DNA of 64,000 nt from Alphaproteobacteria bacterium. Lineage in GTDB: Bacteria; Pseudomonadota; Alphaproteobacteria; UBA828. This document shows positions 29,675 through 39,314 of this stretch, piece by piece. Location: assembly GCA_965214705.1 (NCBI GenBank), contig CBDCCI010000002.1, forward strand, positions 800,001 through 864,000. Direction: 5' to 3'. The notes under the pieces are model-generated. The model saw only the letters and a program-made list of their open reading frames with translations, ran no database searches and was not told the DNA's origin. Within the stretch, counting starts at the first letter, position 1. Each line of letters starts with the position of its first letter. The translations under genes were made by a program, and so were the position numbers.

Positions 29675-30664
29675 TTAGGGCGAGGCTTCCGCGCTGTGTG
29701 CCGAGAGCGTCATCGCATCCCTGCGACGCAGCAGATCCGCGACCACCGATGCGGCAATGACCGCCGGCTGTTTCGACGTAACGCCGTCGATGCCGATGGG
29801 GCAGACCAACCGCTCGATATCGTCGCCCGCCAGGCCCGCCTGCCGCATGCGGCTGATAAAGCGAGCCTTCTTCGACGCCGAGCCGATCAGGCCAACATAG
29901 CCGAACCGCCTTGCCCTGAGCGCAGCGCGGACCACGTCGAAGTCGAGCGCATGGCTATGCGACATCACCAGCACGAAAGCACCGTCGGGCACCCCGTCAA
30001 GCTCGGCCGCCGGTTCCGCCGCCACGACGACCCGCACGTCGCCCGGTACGATGGCAGGAAATTCGTTCTTCCGAGGATCGATCCACACCACGCTGAAGTC
30101 GAGCGGCGCGAGCGCGATGATCATGGCGCGGCCGACATGGCCGGCGCCGATCAGCGCCAGAACCTGTTTACGTGTCCCGAAGCGCTCCAGCAGACGTCCG
30201 TCCGCCGCAAACAGGCTGTCTTCGCCGCCCGGCAGATCGCGCTCCAGAATGGTCCGCTCCACGCACTGCTCGGTGATGCGGCCCTCGGTGGTGAAAAGTC
30301 CGGCCTTTTCGGCTTCGGCGAGCGCCTGCACCTCGGAGGTCCGTTCGGGCGTGAACACTTCCAGCAGCATGCGCACCGAGCCGCCGCAGCACTGGCCGAG
30401 ATCGGGGCCGAGCGCCATTCGGGATAGACTCACCGGAGGAGCGTCCCCCTCTGCTACGCCCTTCGCCAACGCTGCGCGGGCGCGCTCGATCGCCTGCCAT
30501 TCCAGCGTGCCGCCGCCGATGGTGCCGGCGAACGAGCCGTTCTCCAGCACGACCATGCGCGCGCCGGGTTCGCGCGGCGCCGAGCCCTTAGCGTCGACGA
30601 TGCTGACCAGGGCGCAGTTCTGCTCTTCGCGGAGCGCCCGGCCGATGGTCGCCCAGGTCTTCAT
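29675..30664 (-). CDS. xdhC: Xanthine dehydrogenase accessory protein
   Basis: KGSAPREPGARM, GTIGGGTLE, LGPDLGQCCGG, GAGHVG, HSHALD and GLIGSASK. Confidence 0.93.
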   Translation of the reverse strand: MKTWATIGRALREEQNCALVSIVDAKGSAPREPGARMVVLENGSFAGTIGGGTLEWQAIERARAALAKGVAEGDAPPVSLSRMALGPDLGQCCGGSVRMLLEVFTPERTSEVQALAEAEKAGLFTTEGRITEQCVERTILERDLPGGEDSLFAADGRLLERFGTRKQVLALIGAGHVGRAMIIALAPLDFSVVWIDPRKNEFPAIVPGDVRVVVAAEPAAELDGVPDGAFVLVMSHSHALDFDVVRAALRARRFGYVGLIGSASKKARFISRMRQAGLAGDDIERLVCPIGIDGVTSKQPAVIAASVVADLLRRRDAMTLSAHSAEASP

Positions 30665-30673
30665 CTCATCACC

Positions 30674-33007
30674 TCACGCATCCCGCATGGAGCGGATCGC
30701 GCGGGTGATTGCTTCCGGCGTCGCCGGCGCGTCGAGCGCCGGCACCCGCCCAGGATTGAGGCTGGCGATGGCGTTCGAGATCGCCGAGAACACCGAGATC
30801 GCCAGCATCAGGGGCGGCTCGCCCACCGCCTTCGAGCGGTAGATGGTCGCCTCCCTGTTGCCCTTGGACTTCCACAGCGAAACCCGGAAGTCCTCCGGCA
30901 CATCGCTCGCGACCGGTATCTTGTAGGTGGAGGGCGCGTGGGTGGTGAGCCGGCCCTTCGCATCGAACACCAGCTCTTCGGTGGTGAGCCAGCCCATGCC
31001 CTGCACGAAGCCGCCTTCGATCTGGCCGATGTCGATCGCGGGATTGAGCGAATTGCCGACATCGTGCAGAAGGTCCACCCGATCCACTCGCATCTCTCCG
31101 GTCAGCGTATCGATCGTCACCTCCGAGCAGGCGGCGCCGTAGGCGAAGTAGAGGAACGGCCGACCGCTCGCCGACGCACGGTCCCAGGTGATCTTCGGCG
31201 TCGCGAAGTAACCGGTCGAAGAGAGCGAGACCCGTTCGAGGAAGCAGGTCTTGGCCAGCTCGGCGAAGGGGATGTCCCGCTTGCCGACCGTGACCGTGCC
31301 ACCAGCGAAGCGGACCTGCGCCTTGGGCACCTGGTAGAGCCGGCCGGCCAGAGCGGCCATGCGGTCCTTGATTGTGGCGGCTGCCCGCTTCGCCGCCATG
31401 CCGTTCAGATCGGAGCCCGACGACGCGGCTGTGGGGGTGGTGTTGGGCACCATGTCGGTCTTGGTCGCAGTGATCCTCACCTGCTCGAAGTCGATGCCGA
31501 ACTCCTCCGCCACCACCTGCGCCACCTTGGTGTGGAGCCCCTGCCCCATCTCGGTGCCGCCGTGGTTCACCAGCACGGAGCCGTCGGTATAGACGTGCAC
31601 CAGCGCGCCCGCCTGGTTGAGGTGCTTCAGCGTGAAGGCGATCCCGAACTTCACGGGCGTGAGCGACATCCCTTTCTTAAGAAAGCGGTTGCTCTCGTTG
31701 AAAGCGGCGATGCCGCTGCGCCGCTCCCGGTAGCCGCTGGTCTTCTCCAGCTCGCGCACCAGCCGCGGCAGGATGTTGTCGCCCACCTTCATGCCATAGG
31801 GCGTGATGTCCCGCCCGCGGCCGTAGAGGTTGCGCTTGCGCACGTCCAGCGGGTCGAGGCCGAGCCTGCAGGCGATGTCGTCCATCATCCGCTCGGCCAG
31901 CATCATGCCTTGCGGCCCGCCGAACCCCCTGAACGCAGTGTTCGAGACCGTGTCGGTCTTGACCCGCCGCGAAAGGATCCGCGCGCTCGGATAGAAGTAG
32001 GCGTTGTCGGCGTGGAACATGGCCCGGTCGCAGACGGCCATGGAGAGATCGGCCGAGTAGCCGCAGCGGGCGTTGAGCGCGCCGTCGACCGCCAGCAGCC
32101 TGCCCGTCTCATCGCAGCCGTAGCTGTAATCGACCCTGAAGTCGTGGCGCTTGCCGGTCATGATCATGTCGTCGTCGCGGTCGAGGCGGAGCTTGGCGGC
32201 CGAGCCGGTCACGCTGGCTGCGAGCGCGGCGAGGCAGGCCCATTGCGCCGCCTGGCTTTCCTTGCCGCCGAAGGCGCCGCCCATGCGCCGGCATTCGCAC
32301 ACCACGTCCGAATCCGGCTTGCCCAGCATGGCGGCCACGAGGTGTTGGATCTCCGAGGGATGCTGCGTCGACGAGACAACGTGCATCGCACCGCCCTCGC
32401 CGGGCAGCGCCAGGGCGACTTGCCCCTCGAGATAGAAGTGCTCCTGACCGCCGACGTGGAGTGAGCCCGACCCCGTATGTGGGGCCTGCTTCATGTCCGC
32501 ACCCGGCTCGCCGCGCAGGAACTGATAGTCGGGAACCACCGTTTCGCCCGAGGCGAGACCGGCCTCGACCGAGACGCGCGGCTCCTCCTCGTCGACCGTG
32601 ATGCGGGCCAGGCGGCTGGCGCGGCGGGCCTCGTCCCGGCTCAGCGCCACCACCGCGAAGACCACTTGGCCGTGAAACGCGATGCGGCCGTCGGCGAGGA
32701 TCGGGTCGTCGCCGAAGACCGGGCTGCAATCGTTCTTGCCGGAGATGTCGGCGGCGGTCAGAACCGCGACGACGCCCGGCGCGGCCCGGACCGCATCGAG
32801 GTCGAGCGCGGTGATCCGGCCACGCGCGGCATCGTTGGCATATCCGGGCGCGACGTGCACCAGCGCCGCCGGCTCGGGCACGTCGTCGATGAAGCGCGCC
32901 GTGCCCTGGACGTGCCCGCCCGCGCTGTCGTGGGCGAGCGCTCGCCCGACTGCGCCGTTGCCGTCGCCGGGCGCGGTCCGCTCCGCTTGAAGAACCTCAG
33001 GCGGCAC
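30674..33007 (-). CDS. xdhB: Xanthine dehydrogenase molybdopterin-binding subunit
   Basis: HDSA, GGQEHFYLE, RRMGGAFGGKESQ, TAFRGFGGPQG, GGTEMGQG, GQIEGGFVQG and SKAVGEPP. GTG start 33007 after GGAGG. Confidence 0.95.
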   Translation of the reverse strand: MPPEVLQAERTAPGDGNGAVGRALAHDSAGGHVQGTARFIDDVPEPAALVHVAPGYANDAARGRITALDLDAVRAAPGVVAVLTAADISGKNDCSPVFGDDPILADGRIAFHGQVVFAVVALSRDEARRASRLARITVDEEEPRVSVEAGLASGETVVPDYQFLRGEPGADMKQAPHTGSGSLHVGGQEHFYLEGQVALALPGEGGAMHVVSSTQHPSEIQHLVAAMLGKPDSDVVCECRRMGGAFGGKESQAAQWACLAALAASVTGSAAKLRLDRDDDMIMTGKRHDFRVDYSYGCDETGRLLAVDGALNARCGYSADLSMAVCDRAMFHADNAYFYPSARILSRRVKTDTVSNTAFRGFGGPQGMMLAERMMDDIACRLGLDPLDVRKRNLYGRGRDITPYGMKVGDNILPRLVRELEKTSGYRERRSGIAAFNESNRFLKKGMSLTPVKFGIAFTLKHLNQAGALVHVYTDGSVLVNHGGTEMGQGLHTKVAQVVAEEFGIDFEQVRITATKTDMVPNTTPTAASSGSDLNGMAAKRAAATIKDRMAALAGRLYQVPKAQVRFAGGTVTVGKRDIPFAELAKTCFLERVSLSSTGYFATPKITWDRASASGRPFLYFAYGAACSEVTIDTLTGEMRVDRVDLLHDVGNSLNPAIDIGQIEGGFVQGMGWLTTEELVFDAKGRLTTHAPSTYKIPVASDVPEDFRVSLWKSKGNREATIYRSKAVGEPPLMLAISVFSAISNAIASLNPGRVPALDAPATPEAITRAIRSMRDA

Positions 33008-34484
33008 GTTCCGCCTCCTCCGGCCGCAGGCCCACGAGCCGGGTCGCGGTGCTCGCCTCCCCGCCCGCCTCGTGCAGGGCCTTCTGCAGGAGCGCCCGCG
33101 CCGTTTCCAGCCGATACCGGGCGCTGGCCCGCATGTCGTCGATGGGCTGGAAGTCCGATGCCAGGGCCTCGCGAGCGGCGTCCCAGTCGCGGTGGTCCTC
33201 AAGCTGCACGCCCCCGAGGGCGGCTTCCGTCGCGGCGGCCCGCTTCGGCGTGGCCGCCATGCCGCCGAAGGCGACACGCGCGTGCGTGACGCGGCGCCCC
33301 TCGACGGTGAACCTGAAGGCACCCAGGACGCCAGAAATGTCCTGATCGAAGCGCTTGGAAATCTTGTAGCAGCGGAAGACGTGGTCGGACTCGAGGCGTG
33401 GCACGTCGATCCCGGTCACGAACTCGCCGGCCGCCCGGTCCTGCTTGCCGTAGTCGATGAAGAAGTCTTCGAGCGGCATGGACCGCGCGGCCTCGCCCCG
33501 GCGCAGGTGCAGCGTCGTGCCAAGCGCGATCAGCGCAGGCATTGAATCGCCGATCGGGGAGCCGTTGGCGATGTTCCCGCCAAGCGTCCCCACTGCGCGG
33601 ACCTGCTTGCCGCCGAAACGACGCAACAGCTCGACGAGATCGGGATCGATCGCCGCCATGGCGGGTTCCGCCTGCGCATGAGTGACGCCCGCTCCAAAAT
33701 AGAAGCCCTGCTCGGTCTCGCGCATCTCCGCCAGACCGGCCACCCGCCCCAGGAGGATGACCTTCGGCAGGGCCCGAAGCTGCTTGGTGATCCACAACCC
33801 GACATCCGTGGCGCCCGCGACCAGCGTGGCCTCCGGGTGCCGTGCGTAGAGGCGAGCGAGCGCATCGACCGTGGCCGGTGCCGCCAGGAACCCCGTCGCC
33901 TCGTCGCCGATGAAGAGGTCCTCGCCGTCGTCGAGCGCCGCCAGGCCTTCGACGGTGGCGGCACGGTGCGCCGCGAACGCGTCGCGCGGCGTTCCGGCGC
34001 ATGCTTCCAGCGCGGCATCCACGATGGGCCGGTAGCCGGTGCAGCGGCACAGATTGCCGGCGAGCGCGTCGTTCACCGCCTGCCGGTCGCAGCGCCCGCC
34101 TCCGTGATAGAGCGTGAAGAGACTCATCACGATGCCCGGCGTACAGAAGCCGCACTGGTTGCCATGATGCCTGAGCACCGCGTCCTGCACCGGGTGCAGT
34201 GCGCCGTCCGGCCCCACTAGGTCTTCGACGGCGACCAGCTCCTTGCCGTCGATCATGCCCAGCAGGCAGATGCAGGCGTTGACCGGCGCGTACTCCAGCC
34301 TGCCGTCCTGCAGGGTGCCGAGCGCCACAGTGCAGGCGCCGCAGTCACCCTCGGCGCAACCCTCCTTGGTGCCGCAGGCGTGGCGGCGCAGTCGCAGATA
34401 GTCGAGCAGGGTCTCGTTCGCGCCCACATCGGTCAGCGAGACGACCTCGCCGCGGTGGAGAAACCGGACCGACGCGCGCGTCAT
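32997..34484 (-). CDS. xdhA: Xanthine dehydrogenase small subunit (2Fe-2S + FAD)
   Basis: GTKEGCAEGDCGACTV, QCGFCTPG, GNLCRCTGY, GGNIANGSPIGD and KISKRFDQDIS. Confidence 0.95.
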   Translation of the reverse strand: MTRASVRFLHRGEVVSLTDVGANETLLDYLRLRRHACGTKEGCAEGDCGACTVALGTLQDGRLEYAPVNACICLLGMIDGKELVAVEDLVGPDGALHPVQDAVLRHHGNQCGFCTPGIVMSLFTLYHGGGRCDRQAVNDALAGNLCRCTGYRPIVDAALEACAGTPRDAFAAHRAATVEGLAALDDGEDLFIGDEATGFLAAPATVDALARLYARHPEATLVAGATDVGLWITKQLRALPKVILLGRVAGLAEMRETEQGFYFGAGVTHAQAEPAMAAIDPDLVELLRRFGGKQVRAVGTLGGNIANGSPIGDSMPALIALGTTLHLRRGEAARSMPLEDFFIDYGKQDRAAGEFVTGIDVPRLESDHVFRCYKISKRFDQDISGVLGAFRFTVEGRRVTHARVAFGGMAATPKRAAATEAALGGVQLEDHRDWDAAREALASDFQPIDDMRASARYRLETARALLQKALHEAGGEASTATRLVGLRPEEAERAA

Positions 34485-34487
34485 GCG

Positions 34488-34841
34488 TCAACTGCCGCGA
34501 TAGGTGGAGTAGCCATACGCGGAAAGTAGCAGCGGGACGTGGTAGTGGCCTTGCGGATCCGCGACGCCAAAGCGCACTGGCACGACATCGAGGAACGGCG
34601 GTTCGGGAAGCGGCCCGCCCGCGCGCCTTCGATAATCGCCCGCCATGAAGCGCAATTCGTAGGTGCCGGCGGCAAACGCCTCTCCTTCCAGCAAAGCGCC
34701 CTCGACCCGGCCGTCGTCGTTCGTCACGTCGGTCTTGAGGCGTTCTGCCGCCGCGCCGTCCAGGCGCCAGAGCTCCAGCGTCAATCCTCGCGCCGGCGTG
34801 CCCAGCGTCAAATCAAGGACATGCGTCGTCAACCGCCCGAT
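34488..34841 (-). CDS. uraH: 5-hydroxyisourate hydrolase (transthyretin-like)
   Basis: GRLTTHVLD...TNDDGR...HYHVPLLLSAYGYSTYRGS. The expected Met position is an ATC codon (34841); an in-frame TTG sits at 34832. Confidence 0.93.
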   Translation of the reverse strand: MGRLTTHVLDLTLGTPARGLTLELWRLDGAAAERLKTDVTNDDGRVEGALLEGEAFAAGTYELRFMAGDYRRRAGGPLPEPPFLDVVPVRFGVADPQGHYHVPLLLSAYGYSTYRGS

Positions 34842-35067
34842 GGGTCTTCACTCCTCGGCTGCCGATTGCGTTTTGTCGTCTCTTCAAAACAACCGGCGAT
34901 TGTCTACGAAATTTTGAGATCGCAAAAGAACGGTATTTCGTGAATTGGCACTCGGGATGGACTGCTAAGCGCGCTGTTCTGCGGTCGGGCCGGCGCCATG
35001 CCGTTCTGCCGCTCTCGGTGCGTTCGCTGCCGTCCGCGCCAGCACGGCGCACCGATGTCAGCGCGAC

Positions 35068-36090
35068 TCAGGTAGTGACGACGATCTTGCCGCGCTGCAC
35101 GTTGGATTCCATGTAGCGATGGGCGTCCACGATCTGCTCGAGCGGGAAGGTCCGGTCGATGATCGGCCTCAACGCGCCCGAGGCCACCTCGTCGTGCACG
35201 AAGGCGAAGCAGGCGGCGCGCTTCTCCGGCAGGCGCATCGTGTCATACAGGCTGTGGAACTTGAAGAAGAGCCGCTTGGCGAGCATCGGCAGGACGGGGA
35301 TGTCGATCGGCTCGGTGCGGAGATTGCCGTAGTTGACGATGAGCCCATAGGGCTGCACCGCCGCGACGAGATCGCCAATGAAGGCACCGCCCACCGGGTC
35401 GTAGGCGATGGTGAAGCCCTGGCCGCCGGTAATCTCCTTCACGCGGGTCTCCAGGTCCTCCTCCTCGGTGGCGACGACGTGATCGGCGCCCGCGCCGAGC
35501 AGGAAATCAGCCTTATCGGACCTGCGTGTGGCCGCGATAACCGTGGCCCCGGCATTCTTCGCGATCTGCAACCCGGCAAGCGCGGCGCTGCTGCTCGCCG
35601 CCGTAACCAGAACGATGTCATCGGACGACACGCCGGCGTGGTCGACGAGCCCGCCCCACGCGGTGCCGTACTGGCACCAGATTGCGCCGGCCTCGACTAC
35701 CGAAATGCCGTCGGGATTGCGGGCGACGCAGAACGCGGGCACCACCGCGCTCTCGCCGTAGAGGCCGTACCTGTTGACCGAATCGTTGGTCCAGTTGCCC
35801 CACTGGTCCCACGAATTGAAGGGAACGGCACCTGCGCGCTCGCCGATGGAGAGACCCGAGACGCCGGGGCCCAGCGCATCGATCACGCCGCTTGCCTCGA
35901 TCCCGATGCGGGAAGGGAAGGTGGGGTTGGAGACGTAGGCGCCGTTCCGCAACATGATCTCCGCCCGGTTGAGTCCGATCGCTTCGATCTTGAGGCGAAC
36001 CTCGCCCTCCCCCGGCTCCTCGAGCGGCTCCTCCCGAACCTCCAGGACCTCCGGGCCGCCGTGTCTGGCAAATCGAACGATGCGTGGCAT
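35068..36090 (-). CDS. MDR-family quinone oxidoreductase (zeta-crystallin-like)
   Basis: GGPEVLE, AIGLNRAE, YDPVGG and AHRYMESNVQRGKIVV. No Zn-binding Cys cluster. Confidence 0.88.
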   Translation of the reverse strand: MPRIVRFARHGGPEVLEVREEPLEEPGEGEVRLKIEAIGLNRAEIMLRNGAYVSNPTFPSRIGIEASGVIDALGPGVSGLSIGERAGAVPFNSWDQWGNWTNDSVNRYGLYGESAVVPAFCVARNPDGISVVEAGAIWCQYGTAWGGLVDHAGVSSDDIVLVTAASSSAALAGLQIAKNAGATVIAATRRSDKADFLLGAGADHVVATEEEDLETRVKEITGGQGFTIAYDPVGGAFIGDLVAAVQPYGLIVNYGNLRTEPIDIPVLPMLAKRLFFKFHSLYDTMRLPEKRAACFAFVHDEVASGALRPIIDRTFPLEQIVDAHRYMESNVQRGKIVVTT

Positions 36091-36280
36091 GCGATTGACC
36101 TCTCCCCGTCTCGGAAACTCTGTCGAACGTTTGGATGATAAGGCTTGAGAACAGCCGAGTGGAGCCCTAGCCCGGTCGAAAACGCCCGCACCACGCCCGC
36201 GGGCACACGATTTCGAGAAGGCGCCATAATTCCGTCGTATTCCCGTGAGATCGTCGCCTCAACGGCCGGGGTGACTGCTG

Positions 36281-37102
36281 TTGCGGCTTCTTCACAGGGG
36301 ACGATGGTTCGGAGGTCGCCCGCTCCGCTCTCGGTGGGCGCTCGTCGTGGGCTGCGCCATGGTCCTGATCGGCTCCGTGACGGCGGTCGCCCCGGCTGAC
36401 CCGGCTGAGTCCGACGAAACAACCCTTTTGCACCCGTCTCCCTGGGAAGCGGCCGACGCCGAAGCGCAATTCCTGGCCGACCGCATTCTTCGAAGGAGCG
36501 GCGACGGCTTGCTGTTGGGCAACGAGCGCCAGCGCGCACTCGGTCACGACGTCAAGCAGGCACTGTCGCTTATTCGCCGCGCGTATCCGGCGATGACGGA
36601 CATTCGCGTGCGAGAGGAATACAGGCCGGGGAGGATCATACTTGGCCTCGAGGGTGATCTAAAAGACACCGTCGTCGGCATGTGGAACGATGAGACCGCG
36701 CTCGCCCCACCGCCCACCGGGCACGCGGCCTTCGATGCCTTGAATGCGAAGTTGGGGCTCAAGGCTGCGGAAACGCTCCGCCATGGCGGTTACGCTTTTC
36801 TGGACGTGGACGAGCGCGTGGACGTGATAGAGGCGGCTTTTGCCTATTTCACGATCGATGGCGTCGACTACGCCCGGCCCGAGTGGATGGTAGGGGGTAG
36901 CCCCGATGTCGATGCGGCCAAGGTGCAGGGTACCTGGCACTTCGTCTTTCGCAACGCGTGGGGCGATTGCCCGGCCGGTTGCATCCACAGCGAGCTCTCG
37001 TTCTTCATTGTTGCAAACGGTGAGGTCCAGCGGATCGGGCGCGCAGAGGCGCGCAGCATGGACCCCTTCGCGACGCTTCTCGCAGACAGGGGCTGGCGCT
37101 AA
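36281..37102 (+). CDS. Exported hypothetical protein with WGDCPAGC motif
   Basis: 273 aa ORF in an otherwise empty interval, with an N-terminal hydrophobic segment and C-terminal FRNAWGDCPAGCIH. Start uncertain. Confidence 0.6.
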   Translation: MRLLHRGRWFGGRPLRSRWALVVGCAMVLIGSVTAVAPADPAESDETTLLHPSPWEAADAEAQFLADRILRRSGDGLLLGNERQRALGHDVKQALSLIRRAYPAMTDIRVREEYRPGRIILGLEGDLKDTVVGMWNDETALAPPPTGHAAFDALNAKLGLKAAETLRHGGYAFLDVDERVDVIEAAFAYFTIDGVDYARPEWMVGGSPDVDAAKVQGTWHFVFRNAWGDCPAGCIHSELSFFIVANGEVQRIGRAEARSMDPFATLLADRGWR

Positions 37103-37129
37103 TCGGGATGGAGGCGGACCTGCGCCCGT

Positions 37130-38242
37130 TCAAGCGGTTGGCAGGTCGAAGTTGTAGAAGCGGGCGCAGTTGTTGAAGGTGATGTCCCGGCGCGTCTCCT
37201 CGTCCAGATGGCCGAAGACACGCTCGATCACCGCCATCGTATTCGGATACGTGCAGCGTGCGTGGGGAAAGTCCGAGCCCCACATGATGGTCTTCGGGTC
37301 GATCACGTCCAGCACCTTGTCGAGATAGGGATCGTCGATCAGCCCGTGATAGATCTGGCCCATGTACTCCTCGATCGGCCGCTTGATCTTGGGGATGTCC
37401 AGCGCCGGGCCAAAGTCGTCCTGAATCTGCTTGGCGCGGAACAGCCAGTAGGGCAGCCAGCAGACCTCGTACTCCGAGAGCACAAGCTTGAGGTTCTCGA
37501 AGCGGTCGAGGACGCCGCCGAAAATGAACTCGTTGGCGAGCACGGGTCCGGCCTCCGCCAAGACGCCGATGCAGGTGCGCGGCACGTTGATGCGCTCAGG
37601 CCCGTGCAGGACGAAGGGGTCGACCTCGTTGCCGGTGATGATGTGGAGAGTCACCGGCTGGTCCAGCTCCTGCGCGAGCGCCCAGAAGGGGTCGTAGTGC
37701 TTGTCCTGGAACGGCGGCCACTCGGGGCGGGAGTCGCAGTTGATGATCACGCTCTTCAACCCGCGCTTCGCGGTCCTCTCCAGCTCTTTGCAGGCCCAGT
37801 CGATGTCCGCCATGTGGATCATCGAGGTGCCGTACAGCTGCTTCGGCGCGTGGCTGCAGTATTCGGCGAGCCAGTCGTTGAACACCCTGCACAGGTCCTC
37901 GACCAGCCGGTCGTCCCGCGCGCGCATCGCATAGAGCATCCAGGTGGAGTTCACGATCTCGCCGACGACACCGTCCTCTTTCATGCACTCCAGCCGGATC
38001 GCGGGGTCGGTGCCCGAGCCCACGAGCTTCCGCTGCAGCTCCTCGTCGCCCTCCACGATCTCGTCCACGCGGACGTATTCGAACCCGGTGAAGAAGTGGT
38101 CGCCCTCGACGCCGGCATGCTCGGACACCATGCGCGGCACGGCATCGCCGTAGCGCGCGCCGAGCGGCTTCGACCACAGGTCCGCCGGCTCAATAACGTG
38201 GGAATCGCCCGAGATAACGGGCAGTTGTCCGTTCTCAGCCAT
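37130..38242 (-). CDS. Amidohydrolase_2 family protein (decarboxylase/hydratase/hydrolase)
   Basis: ISGDSHVIEP, FNDWLAEYC, YDPFWA...PVTLHI, GGVLDRF and MWGSDFPH. Confidence 0.9.
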   Translation of the reverse strand: MAENGQLPVISGDSHVIEPADLWSKPLGARYGDAVPRMVSEHAGVEGDHFFTGFEYVRVDEIVEGDEELQRKLVGSGTDPAIRLECMKEDGVVGEIVNSTWMLYAMRARDDRLVEDLCRVFNDWLAEYCSHAPKQLYGTSMIHMADIDWACKELERTAKRGLKSVIINCDSRPEWPPFQDKHYDPFWALAQELDQPVTLHIITGNEVDPFVLHGPERINVPRTCIGVLAEAGPVLANEFIFGGVLDRFENLKLVLSEYEVCWLPYWLFRAKQIQDDFGPALDIPKIKRPIEEYMGQIYHGLIDDPYLDKVLDVIDPKTIMWGSDFPHARCTYPNTMAVIERVFGHLDEETRRDITFNNCARFYNFDLPTA

Positions 38243-38272
38243 CGCTAACTTCTGAGCCCTGGTTTTGGAGAA

Positions 38273-39298
38273 CTAGTCTCTCAGCATGAGCAGCAGCTTC
38301 TGCCGGTAGTTGTCGGCGATCACCGCGAGGATGAGCAGGATGCCGATCACCACCAGCTGCATGTATGAGCTGATGCGCAGCAGATTCATGCCGTTCTGCA
38401 CGAGGATGATGAAGATGGCGCCGAGCACCACGTTGGGCAGCCGCCCGGTGCCGCCGAAGAGGCTGACACCGCCGATCACGCAGGCCGCGATGGAGAGCAG
38501 CGGGTACTCCTTGCCGATGTTGCCCTCGCCACTCTCCAGCCGGGCGGTCAGCATGATCGCGCCGATGGTCGTGATCGCGGCGGTCACGACGTAGGCCATG
38601 AACAGGTAGAAGCGCGTGCTGATGCCCGAGAGCTGCGAGGCCTTGAGGTTGCCGCCGAGAGCGTAGAGATAGCGCCCCATTCGGGTCCAGTTGAGGAATA
38701 CGTACATCAGGATGATGAACCCGATGGTGATCCAGATCGGGATCGGGACACCGATTCCCCTGCCGTAGCCGAGGACGTTCGCGAAGTTGTCCGGCATGCC
38801 GTAGATCGGCGTGCCGCCTGTAATCATGAGCGCGATGCCGAAGACGATGGACGACATCGCGAGAGTCATCATGAAGGGCGGCACCCGGAAGACCGCGACG
38901 CCGATACCGTTGACCACGCCGATGCCGGTGCCGGCGCCGAAGCCGGCGAGGCAGCCGATGAGGATCGCGGCCGTGGTGGCCTCGCCGCCGTCCCACACGC
39001 CCACCATGGTCATGGATGTGATGACCGAGACCAGGGCGAACATGACACCCACCGAGAGATCGAGGCCTGCGGTCAGCAGCACGACCATCTGGCCCATGGA
39101 GACCATGATCAGGTAGGTGGACTGGCGCGCGACCTGCATCAGGTTGCGGCTGCTGAAGAAGTTGTCCGTGGTGATCGCGAAGACGACGATCGCGATGAGG
39201 AGGAACCAGGGAAGCACGCCGGCACGGACGAAGATGAGCGTTGCGAAATACTCCGCTCTCTCCATCCACGTCCGCCGCTCCTGGGCGATATCGGCCAT
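38273..39298 (-). CDS. RbsC-type (CUT2) ABC permease
   Basis: GLDLSVG, VPPFMMTL, GRYLYALGGN and IAACVIGGVSLFGG. Confidence 0.92.
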   Translation of the reverse strand: MADIAQERRTWMERAEYFATLIFVRAGVLPWFLLIAIVVFAITTDNFFSSRNLMQVARQSTYLIMVSMGQMVVLLTAGLDLSVGVMFALVSVITSMTMVGVWDGGEATTAAILIGCLAGFGAGTGIGVVNGIGVAVFRVPPFMMTLAMSSIVFGIALMITGGTPIYGMPDNFANVLGYGRGIGVPIPIWITIGFIILMYVFLNWTRMGRYLYALGGNLKASQLSGISTRFYLFMAYVVTAAITTIGAIMLTARLESGEGNIGKEYPLLSIAACVIGGVSLFGGTGRLPNVVLGAIFIILVQNGMNLLRISSYMQLVVIGILLILAVIADNYRQKLLLMLRD

Positions 39299-39314
39299 TA
39301 AGTCTCCCTCCGGG

